Positions 39,635-49,005 of a DNA stretch of 64,000 bases are shown piece after piece. The stretch is from an uncultured bacterium (GTDB lineage Bacteria > Actinomycetota > Thermoleophilia > Solirubrobacterales > 70-9), in the NCBI GenBank assembly GCA_963758865.1, contig CAVWWY010000014.1, forward strand, positions 39,581 through 103,580, given 5' to 3'. Below the pieces are notes generated by a model. The model was not told the DNA's origin. It searched no databases and saw nothing but the letters and a program-made list of their open reading frames with translations. The first letter of the stretch is position 1. Every line of letters begins with the position of its first letter. Made by a program: the position numbers and the translations under genes.

Positions 39635-40503
39635 CCCGCCGTCCCCGAGCCGCCCGGCTTTCGCTCCTCGGCCAGCGGCTCGCCGGCCTCGCCGGTCGCC
39701 GTCGATGGCGGCCAGGTGCCGAACCAGTTGTCGCGGGCCCCGTCGATCGTGATCACGCTTCCGGAGAGGAAATCGCCCGCCGGGGAGGCCAGGTAGGCGA
39801 CCATCCAGGCCATCTCCTCCGGCGTGCCCAGGCGCCCCAGCGGGATCGTCCGGTGGACGTTCTCGGCCACCTGGGGCGGGTACTTCGTCCGGAGCACCTC
39901 GGTGTCGAACTGGCCCGCGGCGACCGCGCAGAGCCTGATCCCGAACCGGGCCCATTCGACCGACAGCGTTCGCATCATGTTCTCGACCGCGGCGCGTGCG
40001 GCGCCCGAATGCACCATGCCGGGCATGCCGTTGTGCGGCGAGAGGGTGACGCTGATCACCTTGCCCGCGCGCTGCGGGATGAACGCCTTGGTCGCCGCTG
40101 CGTGCGTCATCTGCCAGGTCCCTTGGACATTGAGCTCGGTCACCGTTCGAAAGCCCTTGGCGCTGATCGCCTCCGCGGGACTCATGAACTGCCCGCCCGC
40201 GTTGTTGACGAGCACGTCCACCCGCCCGTAGCGCTCCACGATCCGTTCGAACAGGCTCTCGACGGCATCTGAGTCGCGGATGTCCATGGGCTCCGCGTGT
40301 GCCGTCCCGTTCGAATCCGCGATCGCGCGGACGGTTTCCTCGAGCGGCTCCGGGCGGCGGCCGCAGCCGATGATGGTGGCGCCCAGCGTCGCCAGCTCGA
40401 GCGCGATCGCCCGGCCCAGTCCGGTGCCGGCGCCGGAAACGACGCAGACCCTGCCGTCGAGGAGCCCCGGCCGGAAGATCTGCGATGCGGCCGCTTTCGC
40501 CAT
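39631..40503 (-). CDS. SDR-family oxidoreductase (2,4-dienoyl-CoA / trans-2-enoyl-CoA reductase-like)
   Basis: VCVVSGAGTGLGRAIA, NNAGGQF, HSGAARAA. Start at the internal ATG MAKAAAS. Confidence 0.85.
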   Translation of the reverse strand: MAKAAASQIFRPGLLDGRVCVVSGAGTGLGRAIALELATLGATIIGCGRRPEPLEETVRAIADSNGTAHAEPMDIRDSDAVESLFERIVERYGRVDVLVNNAGGQFMSPAEAISAKGFRTVTELNVQGTWQMTHAAATKAFIPQRAGKVISVTLSPHNGMPGMVHSGAARAAVENMMRTLSVEWARFGIRLCAVAAGQFDTEVLRTKYPPQVAENVHRTIPLGRLGTPEEMAWMVAYLASPAGDFLSGSVITIDGARDNWFGTWPPSTATGEAGEPLAEERKPGGSGTAG

Positions 40504-40602
40504 TCGAGCTGAGCTTATCCACGGCAAGGCCCCGCCCGAGACCAGCCGCCGCTTGATGTCGACCCGGTTTGCCCCGCTACGCTGACCCGCGATGAGCGCG
40601 AG

Positions 40603-41514
40603 ATGAAGGTCCACGCCGAGGCCAAGACACTCACCGAGCCGCTCCCCAATGGGAAGGACGGCGCGACCGTCACCGTCGAGCCGCTGTCGGGCGGCGAGGT
40701 GCAGTTCCCGGCCGCCAGCTTCGAGCGCCCCGGCGGGCCGTTCGAGTCGCTCAAGGTGACCGGCCTATTCACATCCCGCGCCTCGGGGTGGCTGTGGGTG
40801 CCGTGCCCCGCGTACCTGATCACCCATCCGACCGTGGGGGCCATCCTCGTGGACACGAGCCTTCACTCGTCGATCGCCGCCAAGCCCAGCGAGAATTTCG
40901 GCCGCCTGGCGTCCCGGTTCGCACGCCCTCGAATCGAGTCCGGCAAGGACCTTCCTTCACAGCTTCGCGAGCGCGGGGCCGACCCGCGGTCGATCTCGCT
41001 GGTGGTGATGACCCACCTCCACATGGACCATGCCTCCGGGATCTCCGAGTTCCCCTCCTCGACCTTCGTGGTCAGCCGGGCCGAGTGGGAGGCCGCCACC
41101 ACCGGCTCGCGGCCACTCCTGCGGGGCTACCGGCCCGAGCACTACGACTTCGTCTTCGACTATCGGTTGGTGGACTTCGACGGCCCACGGATCGACTCAT
41201 ACTCGAGCTTCGCGCGCACCTTCGACCTGTTCGGCGACGGCAGCATCAGGCTCGCGTTCACGCCCGGCCACACGCTCGGCCACATGTGCGTGCTGGCTCG
41301 CCTTCCGGACCGGGACTTCGTGATCGCCGGGGACGCCGTGTACACGACGCGCCAGCTCGAGGGGGGCCCCGGACAGCCCCGCCCTCACGACCCACACCTC
41401 TGGCGCCGCTCGCTTCAGGAGCTCCAGCTCTTCCATCGGGAGTATCCGCAGGCCGTGATCGCTCCCGGCCACGACCCGGCGCAATGGGAGAGCATGGACG
41501 CGAAGTACGGCTGA
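40603..41514 (+). CDS. MBL-fold metallo-hydrolase (lactonase-like subgroup)
   Basis: THLHMDHASG (HxHxDH), TPGHTLGH, AGDAVY, APGHD. Intact 303 aa. Confidence 0.85.
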   Translation: MKVHAEAKTLTEPLPNGKDGATVTVEPLSGGEVQFPAASFERPGGPFESLKVTGLFTSRASGWLWVPCPAYLITHPTVGAILVDTSLHSSIAAKPSENFGRLASRFARPRIESGKDLPSQLRERGADPRSISLVVMTHLHMDHASGISEFPSSTFVVSRAEWEAATTGSRPLLRGYRPEHYDFVFDYRLVDFDGPRIDSYSSFARTFDLFGDGSIRLAFTPGHTLGHMCVLARLPDRDFVIAGDAVYTTRQLEGGPGQPRPHDPHLWRRSLQELQLFHREYPQAVIAPGHDPAQWESMDAKYG

Positions 41515-41532
41515 GGCGTCCTCGGTCTCGGG

Positions 41533-42316
41533 CTAGCGGTGCTGTCCGGCCGGAAGGCCGCGCTCGGCGTGGCCGCCGATTCCCTCGCGCAGCGACTTGA
41601 TCACCCCGCGCCGGCCCTTGGCCTCGAGCGCCTGATGCATCTCTCGCACCCGCTCGAAGACCTGTCCGGCCACCTCGAGCTGCTGCTCGCGGCTGGGCTC
41701 GGCCACCACGTCGAACCTCATCGGCTCGCCGTATTGCACCGTCACCTTCGGGAATCGGAGCTTGCGCCATTTGCGCACCGCCTGCGAGCCGTGGATCGCG
41801 ACTGGGATCACCGGGACGCCCGATTGAAGCGCGATCCGCCCGACGCCCGGACGCGGCTCGCCCAGCCCCCCGCTCCGCGAGCGTCCACCCTCCGGGTACA
41901 TCAACAAGCATCCGCCACGGTCCAGGATCCTGTACGCCGTCTCGAATGCCTCCTGGTCGTGGTGGCCACGTCGCACCGGGAAGGCGCCCCCGTGCCAGAA
42001 GATGAACTTGATCACGGGATTCGTGAACAGCTGGGACTTGGCCATGAAGCGGACCTTCCGGCGAATGGTAGACGGCGGCGAAGAAGTGATCCCACTGGCT
42101 GAAGTGGTTCGGGGCGAGGATCACGGGGCCCGAGGCGGGCACATGCTCGGCGCCGATCGCGCGAGCGCGGTAGAAGAGGAGGGTCGGCGGCGTCAACAGG
42201 ATCCGCGCCACGTCGTAGACCCAATCGGGATCGTGGGTGCGGGAACGCTGGTGGAACCCGGCGAAGTACTCGGCGGGACGGGGATCCTTGTAGACCTGGG
42301 GCTTGATGTCAGCCAT
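41533..42316 (-). pseudogene. plsC: 1-acyl-sn-glycerol-3-phosphate acyltransferase (PlsC family); one frame break
   Basis: NHFSQWD (HX4D) in the frame of ORF 41258-43837. MYPEGGRS and VPVIPVAI in ORF 41533-42045. Break near 42050. Confidence 0.8.
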
Positions 42317-42372
42317 GGGCGACGGTCCGGCACGGCCGGATCCACCCGTTCTACCCCCGAGCCCGCGACGGG

Positions 42373-43824
42373 TTACGTCGTGGCCCAGCCCTTGGCCCGG
42401 TCCACGGCCCGGCGCCAGCCCGCGAGCAGCGTCTCCCGCTCGTCCTCCGCCATCCGGGGCTCGTATCGCGCGGCCTCCCGCCACATCGCCTCGACCTGCG
42501 CTGCGTCCCAGAGCCCGGCGGCGATTCCGGCCAGGTACGCAGCCCCGAGGGCCGTCGTCTCTGCGATCTGCGGCACCACAACGGGGGCCCCGAGCACATC
42601 TGCCTGGAACTGCATCAGCCAGCGGTTGGAGACCGCCCCGCCATCCGCCTTCAGGACCTCCAGCGCGCCGCCGGCTGCGGCCTCCTGGGCTCGAACCGCG
42701 TCGACGGTCTGATAGGCGATCGCCTCCAAGGCGGCTCGCGCCAGGTGCGCTCGCCCGGTGCCGCGCGTCAGCCCGACGATCGTCCCGCGCGCGTACGGGT
42801 CCCAGTGGGGCGAGCCGAGGCCGGTGAGCGCCGGAACGAAATAGACGCCGTCGTTGCCCGATATCTGCGCCGCGAGCCCCTCGGTGGCCTGCGCGGAGTC
42901 GATGATGCCCAGGCCGTCGCGAAGCCACTGGACGGCGGCGCCGGTGACGAACACCGCCGCTTCCAGCGCGTAGTCGGTCTGGTCTGGGAGCCCCCAGGCA
43001 ACCGTTGTCAACAGGCCCTCGCCGGGCTCGGGCGCCTCCGTGCCGGTGTTCAGCAACACGAAGCTCCCGGTCCCGTAGGTGTTCTTGGCCATGCCGGGCC
43101 GCTGGCAAGCCTGTCCGAAGAGCGCCGCCTGCTGATCGCCGGCGATCCCCGCGACGGGTATCTCGCCGCCGAACTCCGCGGTGACGCCGTAAACCTCGGC
43201 GGATGGCAGTGTCTCCGGAAGGCAGGCGGGGTCGACCCCCAGCATCTCGCACAGGTCCGGGTCCCACCGCAGTCGGCGGATGTCGAACAGCATCGTGCGC
43301 GAGGCGTTCGAGTAGTCGGTGATGTGGCGCCCGGTCAGCTTGAACGCCAGCCACGAATCGATCGTGCCGAACACCGCGTCCCGGGTGTCCTCGACGTTGC
43401 GGAGCATCCACTCGATCTTGGTGCCGGAGAAGTACGGGTCGATCACGAGTCCGGTTCGCTCGCGCACGAGCTGCTCGCGCCCGGCCTCCTTGAGCTCGTC
43501 GCAACGGGCCGCGGTGCGCCGGTCCTGCCAGACCAGGGCGCGGTGAACGGGTTCGCCGGTGGCCGGATTCCAGGCCACGACGGTCTCGCGCTGGTTGGCG
43601 ATCCCGATCGCATCCAGCTCGGCGCCCTGGATCCCGGCGTCGGCGATCGCTCGATTGGCCACTCCCTTCGTCACCTCCCAGATCTCGGCTGCGTCGTGCT
43701 CGACCCAGCCCGGGCGAGGGAAGTGCTGCTCGAACTCCGAATAGGCGCGCCCGGCAAGCGACCCGTCGCGGTCGAAGACCAGGCAGGTCGTCCCCGTCGT
43801 CCCCTGATCCAGAGCCAGGATCAC
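42373..43824 (-). CDS. glpK: Glycerol kinase
   Basis: ALDQGTTGT, ANQRETVVAW, DPYFSGTKIEW, GDQQAALFGQ, NTYGTGSF, LKADGGA. GTG start at 43824 overlaps the GT2 stop (GTGA). Confidence 0.93.
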   Translation of the reverse strand: MILALDQGTTGTTCLVFDRDGSLAGRAYSEFEQHFPRPGWVEHDAAEIWEVTKGVANRAIADAGIQGAELDAIGIANQRETVVAWNPATGEPVHRALVWQDRRTAARCDELKEAGREQLVRERTGLVIDPYFSGTKIEWMLRNVEDTRDAVFGTIDSWLAFKLTGRHITDYSNASRTMLFDIRRLRWDPDLCEMLGVDPACLPETLPSAEVYGVTAEFGGEIPVAGIAGDQQAALFGQACQRPGMAKNTYGTGSFVLLNTGTEAPEPGEGLLTTVAWGLPDQTDYALEAAVFVTGAAVQWLRDGLGIIDSAQATEGLAAQISGNDGVYFVPALTGLGSPHWDPYARGTIVGLTRGTGRAHLARAALEAIAYQTVDAVRAQEAAAGGALEVLKADGGAVSNRWLMQFQADVLGAPVVVPQIAETTALGAAYLAGIAAGLWDAAQVEAMWREAARYEPRMAEDERETLLAGWRRAVDRAKGWATT

Positions 43825-44525
43825 GTTCGCCTTCCACGGCTCAGGTACGCCCTGGCGATGTCGCGGAGCTGCACGCCGCGATGCAGGAATCCGCCGAGGG
43901 TGCGCCCGGTCGCCCGATGCTCGAGGTCGAGCTCGATCTCGCACAGCCTGTAGCCGGCCCGCACCGCGTCGACGGTCATCGCCGTCTCCAGCCCGTAGCC
44001 GGGAGCCAGAGGCAAGAGGTCGCGCAACACGGCGGCGCGCATGGCCCGCTGGCCCGAGATGGGCGCCACGGCGCGGTAGCCGCAGCGACGCTCGATCGCC
44101 CAGCGCGCGAAGCCCAGCGTCAGCCCGAAGCCACCACCCACCCGGTTGCGAAACACCGCCACGGCGAGATCGCACGCACCACGGTCAACCGCGGCCACGA
44201 GACCTCGAAGCTCGACCGCCGAGGCCCCGAGGTCGGCGTCGCAGAGCAGGAACACCGGCGACTCGGTACCCGAGCCCGTGCCGAGCGCGGCCTCGGCCGC
44301 GGCCGTCACGTTGGCCCCCTTTCCGTGGGGGCGACGCCGGCTGACGATCTGGGCCCCGCGGGCCAGCGCCACCTCGGACGTGCCATCGGCCGACGCGTCG
44401 TCGGCGACCACCACGTGGGCGCTCGGAAACGCCCGTGCGAGTGCGTCGAGGGTCGCGCCGATCCGGTCGGCCTCGTTGTGCGCCGCGACGATCACCACCG
44501 GCTCTCGTGTCCGTTCGGTGTGCAA
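43821..44525 (-). CDS. GT2-family glycosyltransferase (glucosyl-3-phosphoglycerate-synthase-like size)
   Basis: VVIVAAHNEADRIGATL, VVADDASADGT, LLCDADL (DxD). Intact 234 aa. Confidence 0.75.
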   Translation of the reverse strand: MHTERTREPVVIVAAHNEADRIGATLDALARAFPSAHVVVADDASADGTSEVALARGAQIVSRRRPHGKGANVTAAAEAALGTGSGTESPVFLLCDADLGASAVELRGLVAAVDRGACDLAVAVFRNRVGGGFGLTLGFARWAIERRCGYRAVAPISGQRAMRAAVLRDLLPLAPGYGLETAMTVDAVRAGYRLCEIELDLEHRATGRTLGGFLHRGVQLRDIARAYLSRGRRT

Positions 44526-44594
44526 GGCCGGATATTCTCCCGCGGCCGTGTCGCGTTGTCACAAGCCCCGCCGGCGATCGGGCCCCTCGAGGTC

Positions 44595-44810
44595 ATGAGC
44601 ATCGACGTCCAGGCCCACATCACCGGGACCGTGTGGAAGATCGAGGTCGGGGTCGGCGACCGGGTGGACGAGGGCGAGACGGTCGTGATCCTCGAGTCGA
44701 TGAAGATGGAGATGCCGGTCGAAGCGGAGGACCCGGGGACCGTCAAGGAGATCAAGTGCGAGGAGGGCCAGTCGGTCCAGGAGGGCGACGTCCTGGTCGT
44801 CCTGGAATGA
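44595..44810 (+). CDS. Stand-alone biotinyl/lipoyl-domain protein (BCCP-like, 71 aa)
   Basis: ITGTVWKIEVGVGDRVDEGETVVILESMKMEMPVEA carries the E(A/S)MKM biotinylation motif. Confidence 0.85.
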   Translation: MSIDVQAHITGTVWKIEVGVGDRVDEGETVVILESMKMEMPVEAEDPGTVKEIKCEEGQSVQEGDVLVVLE

Positions 44811-45653
44811 GCTCGCATGCGGCGTCCCCGCCAGGGGGCGAAGCCGCGGGCTCCCAACTCGCGGCCGGGAAGCTGGTCCTGGACCACCCGGCCGATGCGG
44901 TCGCAAGGCTCACGATCCGCAACCCCGAGCGGCGAAACGCCCTCGACCACGACATCCTGGACGCGCTGTCCGAGGTCCTGCCGACGCTCGACCGCGGGAT
45001 CGAGGTCCGATGCGTGGTGATCACCGGGGCCGGTGACATCTTCTCCGCGGGCTACGACATCGCCGGCATCCCCCAGGAGACCTTCGCCGCCGACGCGGAG
45101 GCGCTGGTGGCCCACCCGTTCCACGCCGCGATGGAGGCGATCAGCGCGCATCCCTATCCGGTGCTCGCGGCGATCAACGGGCACTGCCTCGGCGGCGGCC
45201 TTGAGCTCGCGGTTCGCTGTGACCTGCGCCTTTCCGTAATGGGGGCGAAGCTCGGCATGCCGCCCGCGAAGCTGGGGCTGATCTACGGCCACACCGGCCT
45301 CCAGAAGTTCATCGACGTGGTCGGGCTACGCCCGCACCAAGGAGCTGTTTCTCACCGGGCGCAACCTGAGCGCACCACGGGCGATGGCGATCGGCCTGAT
45401 CCACGACACGGTCCCAGAGGGAAAGCTCGAGGCATCGGCGCTCGAGCTGGCATCCGAGATCGCGGCCAACGCCCCGCTGTCCGCGCGCGGCAACAAGCAT
45501 GCGATCGAGACGCTCAATTCCTATCCCCGCCTCACTCCCGAGCAGGAGCGGGAGCTGATCGAGCTGCGCCGCTCGTGCTTTGAGTCGGAGGACTTTCGCG
45601 AGGGGGTCAGGGCGTTCGCGGAGAAGCGACGCCCGAAGTGGCGCGGGCGCTAG
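44807..45653 (+). pseudogene. Crotonase-family protein (methylmalonyl-CoA decarboxylase/enoyl-CoA hydratase-like); one frame break
   Basis: ATGA overlap with the BCCP gene. Motifs RLTIRNPERRNAL, ITGAGDIFSAGYD, GHCLGGGLELAVRCD. The C-terminal 89 aa are in ORF 45384-45653 (FAEKRRPKWRGR). Break near 45325. Confidence 0.8.
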
Positions 45654-45664
45654 CCCCTCCGGTA

Positions 45665-45726
45665 ATGAGGAGCTTTAGCTCCGAAACAGGCGTGTCAGGG
45701 CGCCGAAGGCGCCCGCAAGAGATTCC
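45665..45726 (+). repeat. Single copy of the double-hairpin intergenic repeat
   Basis: ATGAGGAGCTTTAGCTCCGAAACAGGCGTGTCAGGGCGCCGAAGGCGCCCGCAAGAGATTCC, located between convergent genes. Confidence 0.9.
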
Positions 45727-45755
45727 TTGTCGCTGAGCCTCGAGTGAGCCAGGGC

Positions 45756-47228
45756 TCACGGCACTGGATCCGGATGATGGACCCGACAGGTCGCGCCCGC
45801 GCACTGCTTCAGCTGGTGGAGGCGGTTGGTCAGCACGGACTTGACGGACGCATAGGCCGCGGCCTTGTGGCGGCTCTGGAGCTCGTACGGGTCGATCTGC
45901 AGGTCGTAGAGCTCCTTCTCGCCGGTGTTGTGCTCCGCGTAGATGTAGCGCTCCGTCCGAATCGCCTTGAAGCTCGGCTCCTCGATCAGGAGCTCGCGGT
46001 CGCGCTCGATCCCCGGGTGCTTCGCCACCGGGATCAGCGAGCGTCCATCCATGGTCACGCCGCCGTGGTTGGCGTTGGCCACGTCGACGATCGTCGGCGC
46101 CAGGTCGGCGTTGATCACCAGGGGATCGACGCTCACTCCCTGCGGGATACCCGGGCCGCGCATCTCGAGCGGCACCCGGATCGACTCCTCATACAGGTGC
46201 ATCTTGTCGGTCGGGATGCGGTGCTCGCCATGGAAGTAGCCGTTGTCGGAGGTGTAGACGAACACTGTGTTGTTGAACTCGCCCTTGGCCTTCAGGGCAT
46301 CGACGACCTTCTTGACCCCCTCATCGACGGACAGCAGCGATTCGAGCTCGCACCGGTATTTGCGCTGGACGGTCCCGATCTGGGTCGGACTCAGACGCGG
46401 CTGATCGCGGATCTTCTTGGGCTTGTCGGAGACATCGGCCTCGTTGAAGTCGGGCGGCATCGGCAGCGGCTCGGAGTTGAACGCGTCGGCGTGGCGCGGC
46501 GCCGGCTTCGCGGCGTCCACGCAGTTCTGCGGGGGGTTCGGATTGGGCGGCCCGCCGGCGTGCGGGGCCGTGTAGGTGAGCCAGAGGAAGAACGGCTGTG
46601 CCTTCGGCGCCCGGCGGTCGACCAGGTCCACCGCCTTCCTGGTCAAGACGTCCTGCTTGAAGTCGGCCGGGTCCTGGCCATACTCGACCAGACGGCCGTC
46701 GTTGTTGATCGGGTAGGTGTAGACCCTCTGGTCGTACGGGGCGGCGGCATGCCACTCCGACCAGCCGGGAGGCACGGGGGGATGGTTGCTATAGGCGTTC
46801 AGGTACTTGCCGATCATCGCGGTGTAGTAACCGGCCCGCTCGAGCCACACCGCGAGGTTGTCGTCTCCGTGCAGCGCCCGGAAGCGGGGGTAGCCGCCGT
46901 TCGGCGGCTGGTTGGAGAGCACGCGGTGGTTGTGCGCGTACTGGCCGGTGAGGAAGGTGGCGCGCGAGGGGCAGCAGAGGGAGAAGTTGACGAAGCTGTT
47001 GGTGAACGTCACCCCCTGATCGCCGATCAGCGAGTTGACGTTGTCCATCACCTTCATCGACTCGAGCGTCTGGTCGTCGGACATGACCACGACTACGTTC
47101 GGCCGGCTCTGCGCCGCGGTCGCCTGGACAGGGCTCGACGGGCTCGTGCCCGAGCCCGACACCGCCAAGGCGACGACTACGCCCAGTGCCAACGAGATCG
47201 CTGTAAGGAGACGCCCCCGCCTTCCCAT
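45756..47228 (-). CDS. Cys-type sulfatase (GlcNAc-6-sulfatase-like), secreted; paralogue 1, intact
   Basis: Signal peptide. Motifs NVVVVMSDDQ, formylglycine motif CCPSRATFLTGQ, TSDNGYFHGEH. Intact 490 aa. Confidence 0.9.
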   Translation of the reverse strand: MGRRGRLLTAISLALGVVVALAVSGSGTSPSSPVQATAAQSRPNVVVVMSDDQTLESMKVMDNVNSLIGDQGVTFTNSFVNFSLCCPSRATFLTGQYAHNHRVLSNQPPNGGYPRFRALHGDDNLAVWLERAGYYTAMIGKYLNAYSNHPPVPPGWSEWHAAAPYDQRVYTYPINNDGRLVEYGQDPADFKQDVLTRKAVDLVDRRAPKAQPFFLWLTYTAPHAGGPPNPNPPQNCVDAAKPAPRHADAFNSEPLPMPPDFNEADVSDKPKKIRDQPRLSPTQIGTVQRKYRCELESLLSVDEGVKKVVDALKAKGEFNNTVFVYTSDNGYFHGEHRIPTDKMHLYEESIRVPLEMRGPGIPQGVSVDPLVINADLAPTIVDVANANHGGVTMDGRSLIPVAKHPGIERDRELLIEEPSFKAIRTERYIYAEHNTGEKELYDLQIDPYELQSRHKAAAYASVKSVLTNRLHQLKQCAGATCRVHHPDPVP

Positions 47229-47261
47229 CGACCCGAGGCTAACAGGCGGGGGAGGTGGGTG

Positions 47262-48938
47262 CTACGGGGTCGAGTCCTCCACGTACTGGCGCGCCGCCGA
47301 GCACCCGGAGGTATTGCCGGCCTGGTCGGTCGCGCGCGCTCGGAACATCGTCGTCGTGTTATTGGCCACCGTGACCGCGATGCCGGTGTTGCGGAACAGC
47401 GAGGCGGCTCCGGTGGCCGCGGGCGACCCGGTGCAGCCCGACGTCTTGTAGATCTTCACGACCGAGCCGGGCTGGGTGTTGCCCCTCACCTTCGGGTTGT
47501 TGTTGTTCGCCGGCGATGCTGGGGTGGTGCCGGTGATCGTGGGGGTCCCGGGCGGCTGCGTGTCGACCGTGAAGGACCTCGATCGAATCGCGCTGACGTT
47601 CCCGGGGGCGTCGATCGCCCTGAGGAAGAAGGTGTGGCTGCCCTGCGTCAGGTGAACCGTGTAGGGAGAGCTGCACCGCCGGAACGCGGTCTGGTCGAGG
47701 TGGCATTCGAAGGTCGAGCCGGCCTCGTTGGAGATGAAGGAGAAGGTGGGGTTCGCGTTCTTGGTGAACGCCCCCGACTTCGGTCCGCCCGTAATAGTCG
47801 CCTGGGGAGCGCGCTTCTCGGCCGAGAACCCCCTGAAGGCGGCGAAGGCGAGCTTGGGGTCTCGGCTGTGCTTCAAGAGCCCGGCGCTGCCGCAGAAGCT
47901 GCATCGGTGCGCGAAGTCTGAGTTCGCGCCCGGGTCACGCCAGAGGAACCAGTACATGCGCTGCAGGTTCCACGGCTTGCGACTGGCGAGGGCCAGCTGG
48001 AAGGCGCCCTTCAGCATCCTCTCTTGGCCCGCCGCACCCTTGTTGATCCCGAAGCGGTCGGGCGGCGCCGATCCCCAGCCGAACTCGGTGATCCAAAGCG
48101 GCGTCGCCAGGTCGCCGTGGTTCCCCATCACGCCACGGAACCTCTGGAGCTCGAACCGCATCGTGTCGATGGTGGAGGCGTATGGGTGGATGGCCGCGAC
48201 CTCGAAGTTGGCCGCAGCTCCAGGCGTCCGGTAGAGGCGGTCGAGGAACTCCCAGGCCTTGAGGCCACCGCTCGGCGGATAGCCGGGGTTTCCGGCGAGA
48301 ACGACCTGCGCCTTCGAGCTGGTGCTCTTGATCGCGGCGTGGGAAATCTCCAGCAGCCGAGCGTACTTCTGGATCGTTTGCTCGTCCGTCCCGCCCGGAT
48401 TGAAGAACTTGGTGAGGTTCGGCTCGTTCCAGATCTGCCAATGCTGGATCGGCAATGGGGTGACTCCCGCTCCGTACCTCTGGCGAAAGCCGTTCGCCCA
48501 ATAGTTGCCGCCGGGCCCATAGCGCGCCACCAGCCTCTTCAGGAAGGTGCGCCACCGCTCCTCGTGTGCTGCGGAGTCGACCGGAGGAATCGAGGGCTTG
48601 CTCATCATCCACTTCGGGGAGCCCCAGACGAACGGAGCCGGCCTGATCCCGTGCGAGGCAAGCTTGCCGATCAGATCGTCCGACGCGTCCCACTTGAACG
48701 TGCCCCGCTGTGGCTCCAAAAACCTCCACCCGAGCTCGAAGCGGTCGGTCCGCACTCCGGCGTTGCGCATCCCGTTGGCGTCTCGATTGTCGAGCTGCTG
48801 CTGAGCGATCCCGAAGAACTCCGATCGAACCGCGGCGGCGCTGGATGCGGGCACGAGCGATCCGGCCAAGACGGCCAGAACGACTAGGAGCCGGGACGCG
48901 CGTGCGCCCGGCTTCGGACCCGTGCCTCCGAAGCTCAT
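47262..48938 (-). CDS. Secreted clan GH-A (beta/alpha)8 glycoside hydrolase with C-terminal Ig-like domains
   Basis: Signal peptide RLLVVLAVLAGSLVPASSAAA. WQIWNEPN (acid/base Glu) and LWITEFGW (nucleophile Glu). About 180 aa of beta-rich C-terminus. The exact GH family is not assignable by eye. Confidence 0.65.
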   Translation of the reverse strand: MSFGGTGPKPGARASRLLVVLAVLAGSLVPASSAAAVRSEFFGIAQQQLDNRDANGMRNAGVRTDRFELGWRFLEPQRGTFKWDASDDLIGKLASHGIRPAPFVWGSPKWMMSKPSIPPVDSAAHEERWRTFLKRLVARYGPGGNYWANGFRQRYGAGVTPLPIQHWQIWNEPNLTKFFNPGGTDEQTIQKYARLLEISHAAIKSTSSKAQVVLAGNPGYPPSGGLKAWEFLDRLYRTPGAAANFEVAAIHPYASTIDTMRFELQRFRGVMGNHGDLATPLWITEFGWGSAPPDRFGINKGAAGQERMLKGAFQLALASRKPWNLQRMYWFLWRDPGANSDFAHRCSFCGSAGLLKHSRDPKLAFAAFRGFSAEKRAPQATITGGPKSGAFTKNANPTFSFISNEAGSTFECHLDQTAFRRCSSPYTVHLTQGSHTFFLRAIDAPGNVSAIRSRSFTVDTQPPGTPTITGTTPASPANNNNPKVRGNTQPGSVVKIYKTSGCTGSPAATGAASLFRNTGIAVTVANNTTTMFRARATDQAGNTSGCSAARQYVEDSTP

Positions 48939-49005
48939 GGGCAGCGGACCCTACAGCTGATGCATGGGCGCCGCGCCATCGCAGCGCGGCCTTCCCAAGA
49001 ACCCG

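Noticed and set aside
40603-41514. MBL-fold protein as an N-acyl-homoserine-lactone lactonase (quorum quenching).
   Set aside because: Only the generic HxHxDH metallo-hydrolase motifs are visible. Substrate specificity cannot be inferred from sequence by eye, and no quorum-sensing genes are nearby.
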